A stretch of 64,000 nucleotides of DNA. It comes from Haplodiscus bocki. Taxonomy: Eukaryota. The DNA is taken from positions 147,126,001 to 147,190,000 of the forward strand of contig OZ296648.1 of assembly GCA_965655095.1 (NCBI GenBank), given 5' to 3'. Positions within the stretch are counted from its first letter, which is position 1. Every line of letters begins with the position of its first letter. A program made the position numbers and the translations under genes. The notes under the pieces were generated by a model, which did not search any database, had not been told where the DNA came from, and saw nothing but the letters and a program-made list of their open reading frames with translations. Below, piece after piece: positions 12,321-25,544 of this stretch.

Positions 12321-13285
12321 TTTCAACACACTGTCGAACTTCGGCCTCGCTCAAAACATTGCTGTCGGTTTTTGCGAAATGTTGTCGGCAGCCAACCAGA
12401 CTCGAGTATTAAGTCACCCAAAAAACTCCAAGAGCTGTTGCCTAGGACGGAGGTTCCTATGTTCCAATGTAGGTTAGAGCGAGTAAGTCTGCTAAATTTT
12501 ACGCTCCATAGAGTTCTGTTCAAGGTCTCCGTGAAAATTGTGAACTGTCATAACTTTATTCCTCTCAAATTGAGAGTAGAATTGACGTGTGTCTGCTTTT
12601 TGTCGTGCGTCTAGCGACTAAATCTATAACAGACAATATCTTGAACTTCTCCTCTTTACAACAGTTTGGTATTAACGTTGACAAGAGACATGGTCACTGA
12701 TTCAGAACCTGGAAAACAAGTTGAAAATCAGATTTGGGAGAAAAATTTTTGAAATCGAGTCAGATTTTGAAATAAAGGTGTTACAAAGTGTCAGATTTTT
12801 AGTTGGAAAAAGAACAGATCGTTTGCTTTTGAATTGAAAACTTTCCCTTCTGTCTACGTTTGAAAAGAAATTTTTTTAAGAAAATCATATTTATTGTTCA
12901 TTTTTCTAAAAAAAGTCACATTTCGAACCAACAATTGTATCTGAAAAATCACATTTTTACACAATTTACTCAGTAGAAGCATCAATTTTTTTAGTTTTCG
13001 TGCTTTTTTAAAAAGCATGATTGTGAAACAAATAGTTTCAATAAAAACCAGAAATTTGAAAGGCAATTTTTTTGTAAATTTTTCTTTGAAATGAAAACTT
13101 TACAACGTGTCAGTTTTCAAACAAAAGTTCTACAACGTGTCAGATTTTATATCAACTTTTTCAAGAGACCTAAGTCATTGGATTGAATTGGTTTGAGAGG
13201 TGTCAGATTTTAAGTCTATTTGGTTGGCAGGTTGCCAGGTCTTATTGCGTTCATCAAATTAGGACACATTTCGGCAATGATTCAA

Positions 13286-13674
13286 TGTAAGGAGGGGTTT
13301 AGTTAGTCTAGTGTTTGTGTTAAGATAGTCTTTGTCTTTCCCACTTGTGATCAACGGCACTAGGTGTTTTCGGACAACCAATCTGATCCGAGTGTTCTCA
13401 TTAATATGATTAGATAAGGAATGATATTCCACATTGTTCTATTAAAGAATATGGGCTTCGAAATGTCTAGGAAAAATAAAAAGGACTTTGTGACTCTTTA
13501 ATGATGATGTCACGTAATATGATGAGGCACAGAGCCGATCTGTACAAGTATTGAAGTAGGTTTAGAGAGTGGAGGCTGAGGAGGGTATGCACCTATGTAT
13601 CACTGTAGGGTGAACTTCGGCAAAATACTAAGACAGGCTGCGGCATCGACTGCTTATGGAAGTCTTACCTTACG
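13286..13674. mobile_element. Probable solo LTR, right-arm mirror copy
   Basis: tgtaaggagggg...ccttacg; reverse complement of 8621-9011. Confidence 0.55.
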
Positions 13675-14008
13675 TAGTAGTTGTTGATGAAGTAAAACTT
13701 CTGACTTAAAATCATCAAACAAAAGGAACAAAAAAGTTACTTCTCAGAAAACAACATGAACGTTGCACCAATACACAAAAGAAATCAAACAAAAAGAAGC
13801 GAACAACTACACTCTAATACAACTAAAGCTCCTCACAGACGGTGGAACTCCATCCATTGCGCCGGGCTCCCAAAGACCACTCAACTTTTCAACCGTACCA
13901 ACAGCTTCATTCAGTGGTCCGCCTGGTATTTTTTTTTGAAAGAATGCAAAGTTGACGCGCAATCCTTTCAATTTTACTGTCCATTGGTCACAATGAATAG
14001 AACACCGA

Positions 14009-14578
14009 CTATAATTCTGTTTTATGCTTGTTAGTCATTGTTTGAAGATATTGATTGGACATAGAATCGCCATCCGTAGTGTGGTTGAGTGTCATAATAG
14101 CTGCCAAATGCATGTCCCCAAAAATGGGCAGGCTCAGAAAAATTTTAGATGTATGCTCTTTAGAGGTATCAATAGAACAGTTATGTTCAACGCTTTTTGG
14201 AAAATACATGGGCTTTTCAAAGGATCTGGCAATGTTTTTCCATTCTCGGTTGATCTGTTCAACTTTAACGGCAGTTGTGGGGTAAAAACTAAAACCACAA
14301 CCAAACTCTGCATAGGTCACGATATTCTCCTTATCAATGAAGTGCATCATGTCATCTGAAGAAATCGTCATCTTGAACATATGACCACAATTTGATATAA
14401 AATCAAGTTCCGGGCGCAAATTAGATTCAAGTGCAATCTCTGTAGGATCATAAGGAAACGCTTGGGTTTTATTATGTTTGTAGATCGCTTCATGCAAAAG
14501 AAAGGAAAAATTGCTCAATTTCGACAAGGGTTGAGCACTGAATTGTGATTGTCCGCAGGTATTGGTGAAAAAATTCAC
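14009..14578 (-). CDS. Mirror copy (189 aa) of the unknown ORF at 7719-8309
   Basis: Near-identical translation with scattered substitutions; an earlier stop removes 7 C-terminal residues. Confidence 0.5.
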   Translation of the reverse strand: MNFFTNTCGQSQFSAQPLSKLSNFSFLLHEAIYKHNKTQAFPYDPTEIALESNLRPELDFISNCGHMFKMTISSDDMMHFIDKENIVTYAEFGCGFSFYPTTAVKVEQINREWKNIARSFEKPMYFPKSVEHNCSIDTSKEHTSKIFLSLPIFGDMHLAAIMTLNHTTDGDSMSNQYLQTMTNKHKTEL

Positions 14579-15169
14579 CAGTGGTTGGGTACGTTAGTAG
14601 CTAAAAAAGGCGAGTTGCTGTTTTTCAGAACGATTTTCAAAAAATGATTTTTCAGAGTAGCAAGTTGCTGCTTTTATAAGATTTTAACCAATTCAGACCT
14701 ACCGTAAAAGGAAAATCATACATTTTTTGGACAAAGACACCACAAATTCCAAATGTGGAAGGTGATCCTTTTTTTGGGAATCAGTAATAATTTTTGTGAC
14801 TGTTTTGTTTTTTTTTGAGTCATTTCTTCAGAAAACCCGTTAAACAATCAAGTGGTTGCTGTTATGGTACAAGAGTTTGCCAACTATTATGCGAAAATCC
14901 ATAAAACTGTTTCTGTAATTCTGTTCTGTGCTACAAGTTGTTTTGAATATTGGGAGGGCGACCATTCATTCAGTGAGAATCCGAAAAACAAAACAAAAAA
15001 TATCTTTTGAATGTAAAATTTCTAATCACGCCAGAAATTGTTTTAAAAATTTACAAGGCATCACGTTTCGAAAACTTATCAGTTTTTGGAGACAATTTTT
15101 TGAGTTAGGAACCTTCTTGATTTGTGTAGTTTTATACAATACAAAACAGTAGTATAGTATTCAAAAAAT

Positions 15170-18010
15170 TTACTGGGTTCAAGAAGTTCCTTTTGTTGGA
15201 AGAAGGCAGCAGTTTACTTCGATAATTCAAGGAGTCTGTGATCGTAAACGTTCAAAATGTGGACTAAAAATTCTATTTTGGAAAGGAACGTTTTTCTTTT
15301 GATGGAAGTCTTTTTGATTGACAATTGGAACGAAAAATCAAAAGATAATTTTTTTTTCAGACAATCTGCCTCTTTATCAGGTGGATTCGATCCAATTGAG
15401 TGTTTTTTCTCCGTCAACGTGTCTCCTCACTAAGAGAAATTGTTCTATTGGATTGATTTTCACAGACACACTGTCATTTCATCGGAGGATCATTTTATTT
15501 GGAGTGATATTGCGAAACTTACCAATCTTGGGGTTCAACATTGCGAGGTATGATATAAACCTAATCAAGAGTTGCCTACTACATATTCTCGTAAACGAAC
15601 GTTATTTGAAGCGAATGTTTTAGAAAAAGCCAAGCAATTTGTCTCGTTCAAAAATGGTAAAGTTCAATTTCTTGACTTTTTCAATTTTTTCGTAGATGTT
15701 ACCAGTCTTGATTCAATCCTGAAAGCCTACAAGTCTTCAAAGTTGACAAGATTTTTTTTCATAGTAGCGGTTGAACCACCCAGATAAACTGAACAGCAAA
15801 GAACTACCTTCATACACAGCCATTCACAACAAACTACGGAATTGCAGCTTTCTTGAAAGGAGTAACTAGACGTCGAAAAGCTGATCAGTATTCGTTTGAC
15901 GAGAGAAGTTGCCCGGTCAAGCTGAGATTTTCTGAAATATCACCTACCGGAGCAGACAACTATTCCTATTTGCACGAGGTGTGGGAGCAGCAAAAAATGC
16001 AGACGTTCAAAGACTTTTTGCGCTGGTAAACTAACAACATCTTGTACCAAAATTACAGGCTATGCAAAACTGATCGACTTTTTTAGCAACAAACGCATTG
16101 ATATGCTCAAGCGTGGATGTACTTTACTTAACCTGGCCAACTTTTGTCTGCACATTTTCACCAGTGCAAATACTTATCCCTTCACAGGAAGCGATGAAGA
16201 TTTGTTTTCAAAGTTTTGAGAACAATTGATTGAATAACCATCATCAGTGTTTACAAATAAAGCTGTTATTGACTACACTCACATCCACAAGTCCACAAGT
16301 GTTTGCAAATCGACTATTGGAACAGATGTTGGCCAACTTTACTCTTACTCAATGCGTCAACCTACGCCTACAGGACTCTGCACATAGTATGGGAGCTATG
16401 CAGATTTACAAAAATTCAAGCCCTGTCAGGACAAATCTGGAAGCTTCGAAGATATGGTCATGTTGCATTTTCAGCGAGTGAGACCGGAATGCAGAATTGA
16501 GAATTTTTACAAAACAGGAATTCAGAAAAAGTTTGATTGCTTCAATACATATGGTTTTTGTGGATTTTGCAACACAGTGTTTGAAACAATGTGTCTTTTC
16601 TAATTTTACTGTTGTTGTCAATAGACACAACCTGCTCCAAATGAAAAAGTAATTTTCAACGTGGAACAAAAAAGAGGGAACTGGATTAAATGTTGAAACA
16701 AAATATCGAAGAAAAAGGTTACACTATGTCTAAATGTGGGAAGGTGAACGGTGGAAACTCCAAAAAAACTGATGCATCACTGAAGGAACACTTGAGAGTA
16801 TCAATCCCATACAGGCTTCATTGCGTCAGGACCACTAATTGGACAAAACAAAATCAGTTGAAATGTTTGGTGACGTACAGTGTGATATGAAACTTCCAGA
16901 ACATCAAAAAGAAAACTTTGCAAACTTCCCAATATTTTTCAAAATTACAAACGTTTGTAGACAAATTTTTGGATCATTAAGGCAAGAGTACGCTGAGAAG
17001 GAAGAATTAGCGTCCCAACTACGACGGACCTTAAATTCTAGCTTTAAACTAACCAATTGTACAATCATTACACCACTGTTTTTTTGGGGCTGGGATTTAT
17101 ACGCACAAAAGATTATCGCTTCGTTGAATACAATCCGATCAACTGTTTTAACATGTTTGTGCAATCCACTGTTAATGATCGTCGTCAAGAGGACGAGAAT
17201 CCAAACTGTAGTCTTGTTGCAAAAACTATGATGTTGCTTGCTAGCATCTCGCACGGTTATGAAATTGTGGATTGCAGTCGTGATTCAATTACACGATGTA
17301 TGAGTTATGAAAAAACACATGAAGCCATCAACAAAAAAGTTCAAGAGTTTCTGACAAATCATCGACAAACTCCGACAGATACATTTGTCCAAAACTGTAA
17401 TATAACAAAAGGAACCAATCAATGTAATCTTTTTTATCCTGCAGTACGCTAAATTGAGACTGTTAGAGCCCTCTCACAGCTTTCTCTTACAAGCTTTTAT
17501 GATACTGACTAGTATGAGGAGAACAAATGGAAACTGATTCACTCTTTTTTGCACTAGCCCAAGAAAACTTGAAAAATTGTAAAAAAGTGAAATAAAGCAA
17601 GAGTGGAATTTGTTGGGTAGTCAAAACAGTAGCCATTCGTTCGCTGCAGACGCTTGCAGCAAGTTTTTCACCCAATCATACAGTGCTAAGCACAAAAAAC
17701 ATGATAAAAGTGAACCTGGATTGTTCGAGAAGGAATTTTGAAGCACTGAACTGTTGTGTTTGTGTAGCAAGATTTACAGCTGTTACAACTCTCTCAGCAA
17801 CAAGTTTAAATTCAACAGCAACGGAATGAACAAGCAAACAATTGAAGAGTGTTGAAAAGTGTTGGAGGAAACAGTTTGTGCAATTTTTAATCGGTAGATT
17901 TCGGACAAGGAACCATTGTGTAGCAACCAACTAGCGTACAAAGAAAGGGCTTTTTTATTTTCATCCTAAACGGATAAATGAGTCCTATGGAATCAATACT
18001 CCTCCGTTGG
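15170..18010 (+). pseudogene. Polinton/Maverick (adintovirus-type) protein-primed DNA polymerase B, frameshifted (right-arm copy)
   Basis: LPILGFNIARYDINLIKS at ~15520; motif A region at ~16310-16370; Vsr-like insert (GFCGFCNTVFE...IEEKGYT) at ~16550-16730; motif B at ~17220-17260; METDSLFFALA motif C at ~17527; C-terminal KGLFYFHPKR..PL tail ending at ~18009. Confidence 0.9.
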
Positions 18011-18649
18011 AGGATTAAATTCCCTGAATACCTGGTGTTTGTCCAAATAGATAGTCCCTTATTTACTGTTTTCCAACTACGACTCCCTGAAAAAACTATC
18101 CGCACGCATATTAAATTATCCGCTGGGTTTCCCAAAAGAAGTTTTCTCTCGACATTCCCAAGTTTTAATCCTGCTGACAAGGCCTCGACTTTCCCCCCAC
18201 CTCTGCTCACACATTACTACTAGACAGAACGTGGCCCCATTCAACCCAAACGTAATATATTTGATAAACGAAACCCATATCTTAATACACTGGACTGAAC
18301 TCCAGCCTGGAGTGAACTTTTTTTGCATTGAACCCTAGTCTCACAGTGCCCATAAGCCTTAGCCTCACAGTACCAAAAACGCGAACCTTACTTTGGAGTG
18401 AACCTTATCTTGGGGTGATCGCCATCAATTGAGTTATCTTGAAACATTCTGGTATCTTCGGGTGGTGCCGAAAGTCTCACAGAGCTGAAAACTCTATACC
18501 TTGGGGTTTCCTAATACATTTGATTAAACCCTCTTTTGGGGTGAACCTTATTTTGTAGAGGCATCTTCCTACCTGGAGGTATCTTCCGGTTGTGCTGAAA
18601 TTTTCACTGTGCTTAGGGTCTCACAGTGCCATAAACTTCTATCCTAATG

Positions 18650-19560
18650 CAATGGCCGACGTATTATCATTGGAACGGAGAAGGGTCTTCCAACCCAAAG
18701 TGCCAGTTTGAGCTCCTTTCAGCTCTCGGACCGCTATATCGTATTTTGAAACAAATTGGCCTAACACCCGCCCCGTCTGATGGACTCACTCTCTTACTCC
18801 TCTTCAGTTTAATAAACCCATTTCGCGACAGGTCATCTGACGGGAGAAACTCTCTCAAGATCAATTCTTGTCTTGTGTTTGTACATATTTTTTGATTTGT
18901 TGCGTTTGCTGGTTTTTCCAGAAGTTTAAGTCTATTAACACTTGGCATGTTTCTCTTGAAAAGTCTTTTGACATGTCTGTCTTTTCCATTTTCTCGAAGT
19001 TCCTCCTATTCTCGTTTTCCTTGTGTTCTCTGTCAACTCTCCGTTACTCATTCGCTACTTCGTCATTGAGTGGTGCTACAGGCAAATCCACTGGTTGTGT
19101 TAATGTTTCCCTTTCAAGGCTATGTTTTGCATTTTAGCAACAAATTCTTCTGGTGATGCTGCCTTGTTTTTGAATCTTAAGTTCTCCAAATTTTTGCGAT
19201 GAATTTCCATCCAATTGGGGTTACAAAAGTGATATTTGTCAGCTGTCAATGTCAGCGCCAGATCATATCTTGTCTCGTTGTCTAGTGTGTGCAAAAAATG
19301 GATTGCTGCATCTTTTATTTTCAATTTTTGTAAATCTACTCCTTCAACTCCATTTTTGTTTGCTACATCATTCAATCCACGAAGAAATGATTGAAATTCG
19401 GTCCAATTTTCCACTCGAGATGCTCCAAAATCTTAAATCGATTGGGCGATGCTGCTGCTGCCATCGTTGTGAATTTCTCCTGTTTTCAATGTTTAATTTG
19501 GGTTTTTGAAGACAGAAGCGTTCGAGTCAGAGAATACGGGAGGTCTCCGCAAAAAAAATC
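18650..19560 (-). pseudogene. gag: LTR-retrotransposon gag remnant, truncated by the palindrome end
   Basis: ORF 19100-19414 (LKIKDAAIHFLHTLD..RYDLAL..LENLRF..SPEEFV) is Gypsy capsid-like. PICFKIRYSG at ~18730-18760 is a decayed zinc knuckle. Confidence 0.6.
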
Positions 19561-20199
19561 AGTAAAGGGAAGATCGCAAAATGAAAAATGAAAACTGAGG
19601 ACTCTACTTGACTGGAGAGTGAAAGAGAAGCACAGCTACTGCCTTAGTATCAAAATACTGCTTGCTCTCCAAAGTTTAATCGTGGTTTCAATTTGAAAAC
19701 TGCTGAATCAAACAATGAGATCAGTTTTTCGAAGTTAATTTGAGCGCTTACATCAATTTACTGCTTGCTAAGATCCTCTGAGAGTTGAAAATGGATTTTC
19801 AAACTATTAGACGTTTGTTCATCGTCACTGGTTGAAGGTGCTTCGATAGGCAAAGTCACGTCACTGGGAAGCCTCCAAAGTTCTGCTGTTCCAGTTACTG
19901 AGAATAGCTGCTTTTTGTTTCGGAAGCTTTTAGGTTTTAGGAGCGTTCGTCTGGCGGTTTGTGGTGTGGCAATTTTTTTTTCAGATTAAATTCTTGGAGT
20001 TCTTTCTAAGATGAATTTTTTGTTTTAGCTGTCAGTATAATATGGAATGTTGGAAATGGATTGTTATAAAGGTCAAGAGACCAATGATCGGACGCTTCTC
20101 TCATCGCTTCGCTAAGTATCGATAAGTATATACAAGTACAGACGCCTATGCTGAATTAAATACAAAGGCTGATGGTGCAACTGAAAACAATCAAATTTA

Positions 20200-21334
20200 C
20201 CGTTAAGCGGCACAGTTCACTACCATGAAAACTCTGATATATAACGTTACAAGATAAATATAGCATGACAATTATGTCACTTAGCTATAATGAGTTGACA
20301 GCTTTTAGAGAACATTTTTTGCCAGACGCTTTGATTTGAGCTGTTTCTATCTCCAGGAGATGTGTTGGCCGACCAGCTGAAACCCCTGACTCCGTCGCAA
20401 TTGCCTTACAGCGGGATAATTTGGATAATACGATGGCGCGTCATGTTATCGTCGAAACTTTGAGAAGGTATTGGGTTCTAATGCAAAAATTGTGAATAGG
20501 GCTCATTTCGAGATTGGCGTCGTAAAAATTCTTGAGAGACGCGAAATGTTGCTGGCCAAAAAAAGATCATGCTCGAGGCTCAAGAAGTTAGAGGAAGAAA
20601 CTGCCCGGGTCGAAATAATGGCCGAAGTTTTTCGGGTATAAGGGCGTTAACGGCGGTCAAAATTAGCCACAGAAGCCGTTATTAACCGGAAAAATAGCGG
20701 CATTAACGGCGTTGAACCGGAAAAATAGTGGCGTTAACGGCGTTGAACCGGAACGCTAACGGCGTTAACGGCGTTCCTTGTCGGTATAAAGGCGTTAACG
20801 GCGTTTTGCCTGTCGGTATGAAGGCGTTAACGGCGTTTTGCTAAAAAGTTAACGGCGTTAGCGGCGTTTACGCCACTATACCGGAAAAATAGCGGCGTTT
20901 TCCCAAAAAAATTACCCGGGTGGCAACATGCCAGTTGAAGACAGTGATTTAGATTCGCCTTACAAATTCTTAAGAAGCGGGCCGAAACGAGATTTCAGGA
21001 GTCCACATATCACAATTGCAATCTTCTAAAGCGAGCGCCAAACATAATGGAACGGTTCTTTAGTTCTGCCGGCTTAGTTCTGTCAGTTCTGTGCCAAAAA
21101 TTGATGCCTGAACAGGTGACACAGCAACAGTTTCTTAAGGTCAAACGAAATTTTGGAACGTAGAACTCGTATCACAAGTTTTGAATTATTAAATATGTAG
21201 CTTGAAATTTATGAATTTATGACATTTCCAGTTTTTCCCGAGGTACCAATAATTGCAATAGTTTGATAAAGTTTATCAAAATCAATTATTTATTGGCAAT
21301 TTTTTTTCTTGCAATCGCTATTTCGCAAGCTCTG
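20200..21334 (+). mobile_element. hAT DNA transposon remnant (C-terminal half of the transposase plus 3' end)
   Basis: DSVAIALQRDNL and GSNAKIVNRAHFEIGVVKIL (~20390-20535); hAT dimerisation-like NIMERFFSSAGLVLS..KLMPEQV..FLKV (~21040-21150). Probable 3' terminus ...ttcgcaagctctg, i.e. a CAG-starting TIR on the opposite strand. Confidence 0.75.
20604..20920. mobile_element. GC-rich MITE-like insertion interrupting the hAT transposase
   Basis: Termini cccgggt...acccggg. The interior consists of ggcgttaac and accggaaaaatagcggc repeats. hAT coding similarity lies on both sides. Confidence 0.6.
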
Positions 21335-21539
21335 ATAATGCCCTACTTTCTAGTTGTCTCATATGTCTATCAGAATTGCCCTATGGTCTGAATTTCATAC
21401 ATTGTTCCATGTTTTGTTCCATCAGTCTCAGATGAGGAACTCTTGACCTCGTATCTTCTATATCATCAGAGTAACATATTTGAGAGTCACTGACCTAACC
21501 CTTCCAAGCCATATCATCTGCGCTTCCCTTATACTTTAT

Positions 21540-23330
21540 TTTTGATGCTTATTTTATGTGTTTATTTTGATGTGTGCTTCAACTGATTATAACTCATAAC
21601 ATTTTTTCAATTGATTACGACTCGGAGTCATAAAGATTCCTCATGAGACAAAATGGTGTTTGCATACGCTTATGGAGTTATAAACAACTCTTTCTGAAGG
21701 GCATAACTTGCTGGCTTCTCGGATGCCTTTTTCAAAAACGCCAAGTGCCCAAGTTCTGCAAACATGAGATTTTTTTGTGGAAGTTTTTGGTTGTTAGCTT
21801 CGAATTGGCGACTTTGAGCAAACAAAATGCCCTTTTGAGCTCTTTTGACAGTCACACGGCACAGAAGCGCTCAAAAACGCCTTGAAGAATAGAAGAAGAA
21901 AACAATAGTTTTTTCCTAACGAACTCCCCAAGCTCCAGTCTGAGCGCGCAGTCCTACGCTCTTTCAACACATCGAAGCCTCCATATATCAGTGTCATCTT
22001 GCCGAAAACTGAACGTAGTGTCCCGTTCGAAATAATATAAAATCCTAATAACTCTCCACCATTCACTTGCAAACCAAGTCAAAGTCAGTGAATGGTTCTA
22101 AAAGGAATCTTTCCCGAAGTTCACTCTAAACTTTGCGTTCCTGTTCACACACCAAAAAGATTAAACATAACATTGCCAGGTTTCCATAGTCAAAACGAAG
22201 ACTAGTGATCGCCGACACAAAAGCCCCCATTCACCATTCACAAGTTTAGTTCAAAAGCTAAAGTGAGACCAATCAGACCTCGTGGAATATTTTCAGAGGT
22301 TTTCGATCACGGAAAAACAAGATATGTTTCCGAAGTTGCCTTCCGGCAATCGTAAAAATGATGAAAGTCAAAGAAAAGACCATCATATGTCTGGTTTTCA
22401 GAAACGAACTTACCAATCCCTGTAATTTTTCATGCGGTTCCAGAAATAAAGGATTTGGCAGTGGCGTCAACGCCAACTGATGAAATTAACAGATCAGCTG
22501 CGGATAATGGACAATTTTTCCAAACTTCTTCTCAAACGCGCACGACTGAGCGGGCAAGGGCCTTGAGCCGAATAAATGTCCAGTGATGTGACTGTGCATT
22601 TCACTTGCATAAACATGCTATAAGCTGAAACCTGACCGAATGCGTCTCAAGTTGTAGCATGCCATTAAAAGAGTGCGTATTGATGCTCGAACTTTTGTTC
22701 AAGACAAAAACTATACCATGGAAGAAAGGTTGAACCCTTTTGTTGAGCAAAAACACCTACCAGGACTGCTTCTACCATTAGAAGGGCAAAATTAAACCCT
22801 TTTCAGCAAGCTAACCAGGTACTTGTTAAACAAGTCGACGAACAAGAGCCAACAAGTTGAAAGACTTCCAGAATCGAAACTTGAAAGCAACAGCCAGAGG
22901 GCCCATACCCTTACACCAACCACATTGTCTAAAATTGCCCAGCGTAATAAAAATACCCAAAAAGTGCCTCGCCAGCATCACCAATGTCGCATCTTCCGTG
23001 CTATTTTGCCAAAACCACTACACTAATGCAACTTTTAGCAACCAAATGTTCAAAACTAAATTTCTGCTCATACGACAAAACGCTACCACTTGTTCTTTTC
23101 CTTTTACCAGACTTTGTATGCACCTTGAGCTCCAAAGTGGAAATTCAGAGCCCATAGAAGCCTAAAACCGAAGAATTCAACAATGGTTTGATACAATGGA
23201 AACCTGTCACTTGGCAACTCATCTTCGATGGACGAACTGCAACAGTCTTGCAATCATACCAGACGAACTGGGACCCGAACTCAGAATTCCAATCTTAACA
23301 GCTACACCAAAACTGTTGCTTGAAACAATG
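21540..23330 (+). pseudogene. Possible highly decayed retroelement envelope-like ORF
   Basis: Hydrophobic N-terminal stretch (~21546), a basic QKR site (~21860) and Cys-containing segments (ATARGPIPL..KKCLAS..C). Weak, multi-frame evidence only. Confidence 0.3.
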
Positions 23331-25544
23331 ACACTTGGTTAAAAATGGTGACAACCCATCCTGATGAACAAGACGAGAAGAAAGAGCTTGAAAAAAGTAT
23401 TCAGTGATGAGTTACCTCACCAAAGAAGCATGGGAAGTCACAGTCAGCAAGCCTCCAGGAGAGGGAAACTAGTTGAGTGAAAGTTTTTGTCGAGTGTTGT
23501 CCACATTTGAACGACAACATTCAACTGATTCCCTCATGAGCTTGAATGTTTATACAATCCTGCTTACTCTCAGGAGCAGCTTTCTCCTTTGAGGAAATAT
23601 GATCGTTCAACGGTCCATGAAGGAAGAATACCCATCAAGAAATGCACAACGTTCAATGACGAAGTTTACCTGGCGATTCTGTTTTCAACGGAGCAACTTC
23701 GATTCCTTGCCGGTGGAAGCCAGCGTCTTCGAAAGAAATGACATCACAAACAAATATATAGCACAGCCAGTAATTTGTCTGTCTTTCGCAGCCCTCAACC
23801 GTTAGGGCATTGACTATGAAATATCATCTCTGAAACTCAGGAGTTGCGAATGAAAACCAAGCAAAAAAATCCTCCTACCCCATGCAACAAAACGTATGTC
23901 TGGAGAAAGGGGCGTGTTTTTATAGCGGTGAAGTCGCACAAATCGTGAGGGAGCAATCAAAAACTGAACAAACCAATGGGAATCTTTGCGTTGTACCACA
24001 TAGTGATTAGGCAAGTTGAATCGGTCGACGACGCAACTCCGATCGTCTTTCTCTTCAATTCTATGGTAAAAGCGTGAAAAAAACCAGCCAACCATTTCTT
24101 TTCAATCAACGCTCTCCAAGAAAGAAACATCGCCAGGGATTGGAGTGAGATTGTAAAAAGCAAGCCATTTGTTTCGTGTTCGCTGCCTAGTGAAGCTTCA
24201 TCAATTTGAAATTGGCCACGGCTACACAACCATCGAGTGTGTAGGTATGGTTGTGGGGGTTTGTTACTTGTATCGTCGTTCTCCCCTCCACCAACGTCAC
24301 TAGTGCCAGCGAAACCAGGAGTGCTTCTTTTCGGTCAAATGCAGGTGTTGCTTCCGATGCGCCATTCGTGAGGGTTGTAGGTAGCTTGAACTCTGACGGG
24401 TACCATGACTTGTTAGAACGGTTGGATTACTGTCTTCTGTATCCTCTGTAGCTCTATAAAACTTTTCAAATACTTGTTTTTTGATTTTTTTCGTACTTGC
24501 ATGGAGATGTCGGGTAAAAAGACTAAATACTTTTTGGCGCACAGTGTTACCGCATCTTTTCCAAAATATAACATTCCTACCAATACTGTTCCCATGGTCG
24601 GCAAAGTAAGAAAATTTTTATCAAAAACTCGGTCCATGATGAAAAACTTTAAGCCTATCTGTTCCTCTACTGTAATTAAGGTTGCGTTTGCTATTTGAAT
24701 CTTGTTTGCTGGGGCGGGGAGTTCTTTCAAGAGTGCTTCGTGGTCAACAGTTTGAGTTTTCTTAGATTTGTTTTCGGACATGGCACTCTGGACCGCTCCG
24801 ATCTACAATAGTTCGTGGTTTCTGCAGTTTTCATAGGGTAAGGGTGCGTATAAACTTTTTATGTTTTTTATCTAACTGTAATGTGGGACTAACAATTTGG
24901 ATTTTAACGGGTCTTTTGATATTACTAATACATGCAGAAGTATGAAAGTTTGTTTTGCTATTAGTGTCTTGGATCGGATGTAAACCGATGTCTGTGACAT
25001 TCTTCTTTGTGCAGTCAACTGAAGTCGTCTGTGTGTAGTTGGTGGGTCGGTTGTCATCGATTGTGCCCGTCCGACGTAAACTGATGTCCTTCTCAGTCAT
25101 CTTGTTGGCCAGTATCGTGTACCTGTTGCGGACTGTTAGCCTCAGTGTAGTCTGCTGTGTCAGTCTGTGGACGTCTGTCTTGCTGTCGGCGTTTCTTCGT
25201 GACTTTGGGGTTCTTCATGGTTGGAGTCTGCCTCCTCCGCTGATGGAACGCCTCTTTTCTGTTGTTGTGGTTTGTCCGTTGCTCATTAGTTTGTCGAGTA
25301 GCTTGCGCACTTGCTAGGTCGGCGGGCAGGAAACGTATCTGTCTAAGTTTGAATCTTGGCTGTTTTCGGATTCGCGTTCGTATTGTTCTTCCCCTTCGTA
25401 TTCTGCTGTCATCTGATGTAGTTTTGGGGCTTCTGTCATGATGCCTTTAATTTCCCGTCAATGATTTTTGTTGGCTTCGGCGGATTGACGGTCATAAGGG
25501 ATCTTTTCATAGGGCGTGGAGTTTTGCTGGCGTTCTCGACAGTG

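Larger units (their letters stand above)
11084..18635. repeat. Right arm of the ~15-kb palindrome
   Basis: Reverse complement of 3610-10994. Carries an extra 139-bp tandem duplication (~11938-12215) and ~80 bp (~11425-11500) absent from the left arm. Confidence 0.95.

Noticed and set aside
3610-18635. Intact Polinton/adintovirus with long TIRs, or an active hairpin-ended viral replicon
   Set aside because: pPolB is frameshifted identically in both arms, the genes themselves are mirrored, and no integrase, ATPase, protease or capsid was recognised.
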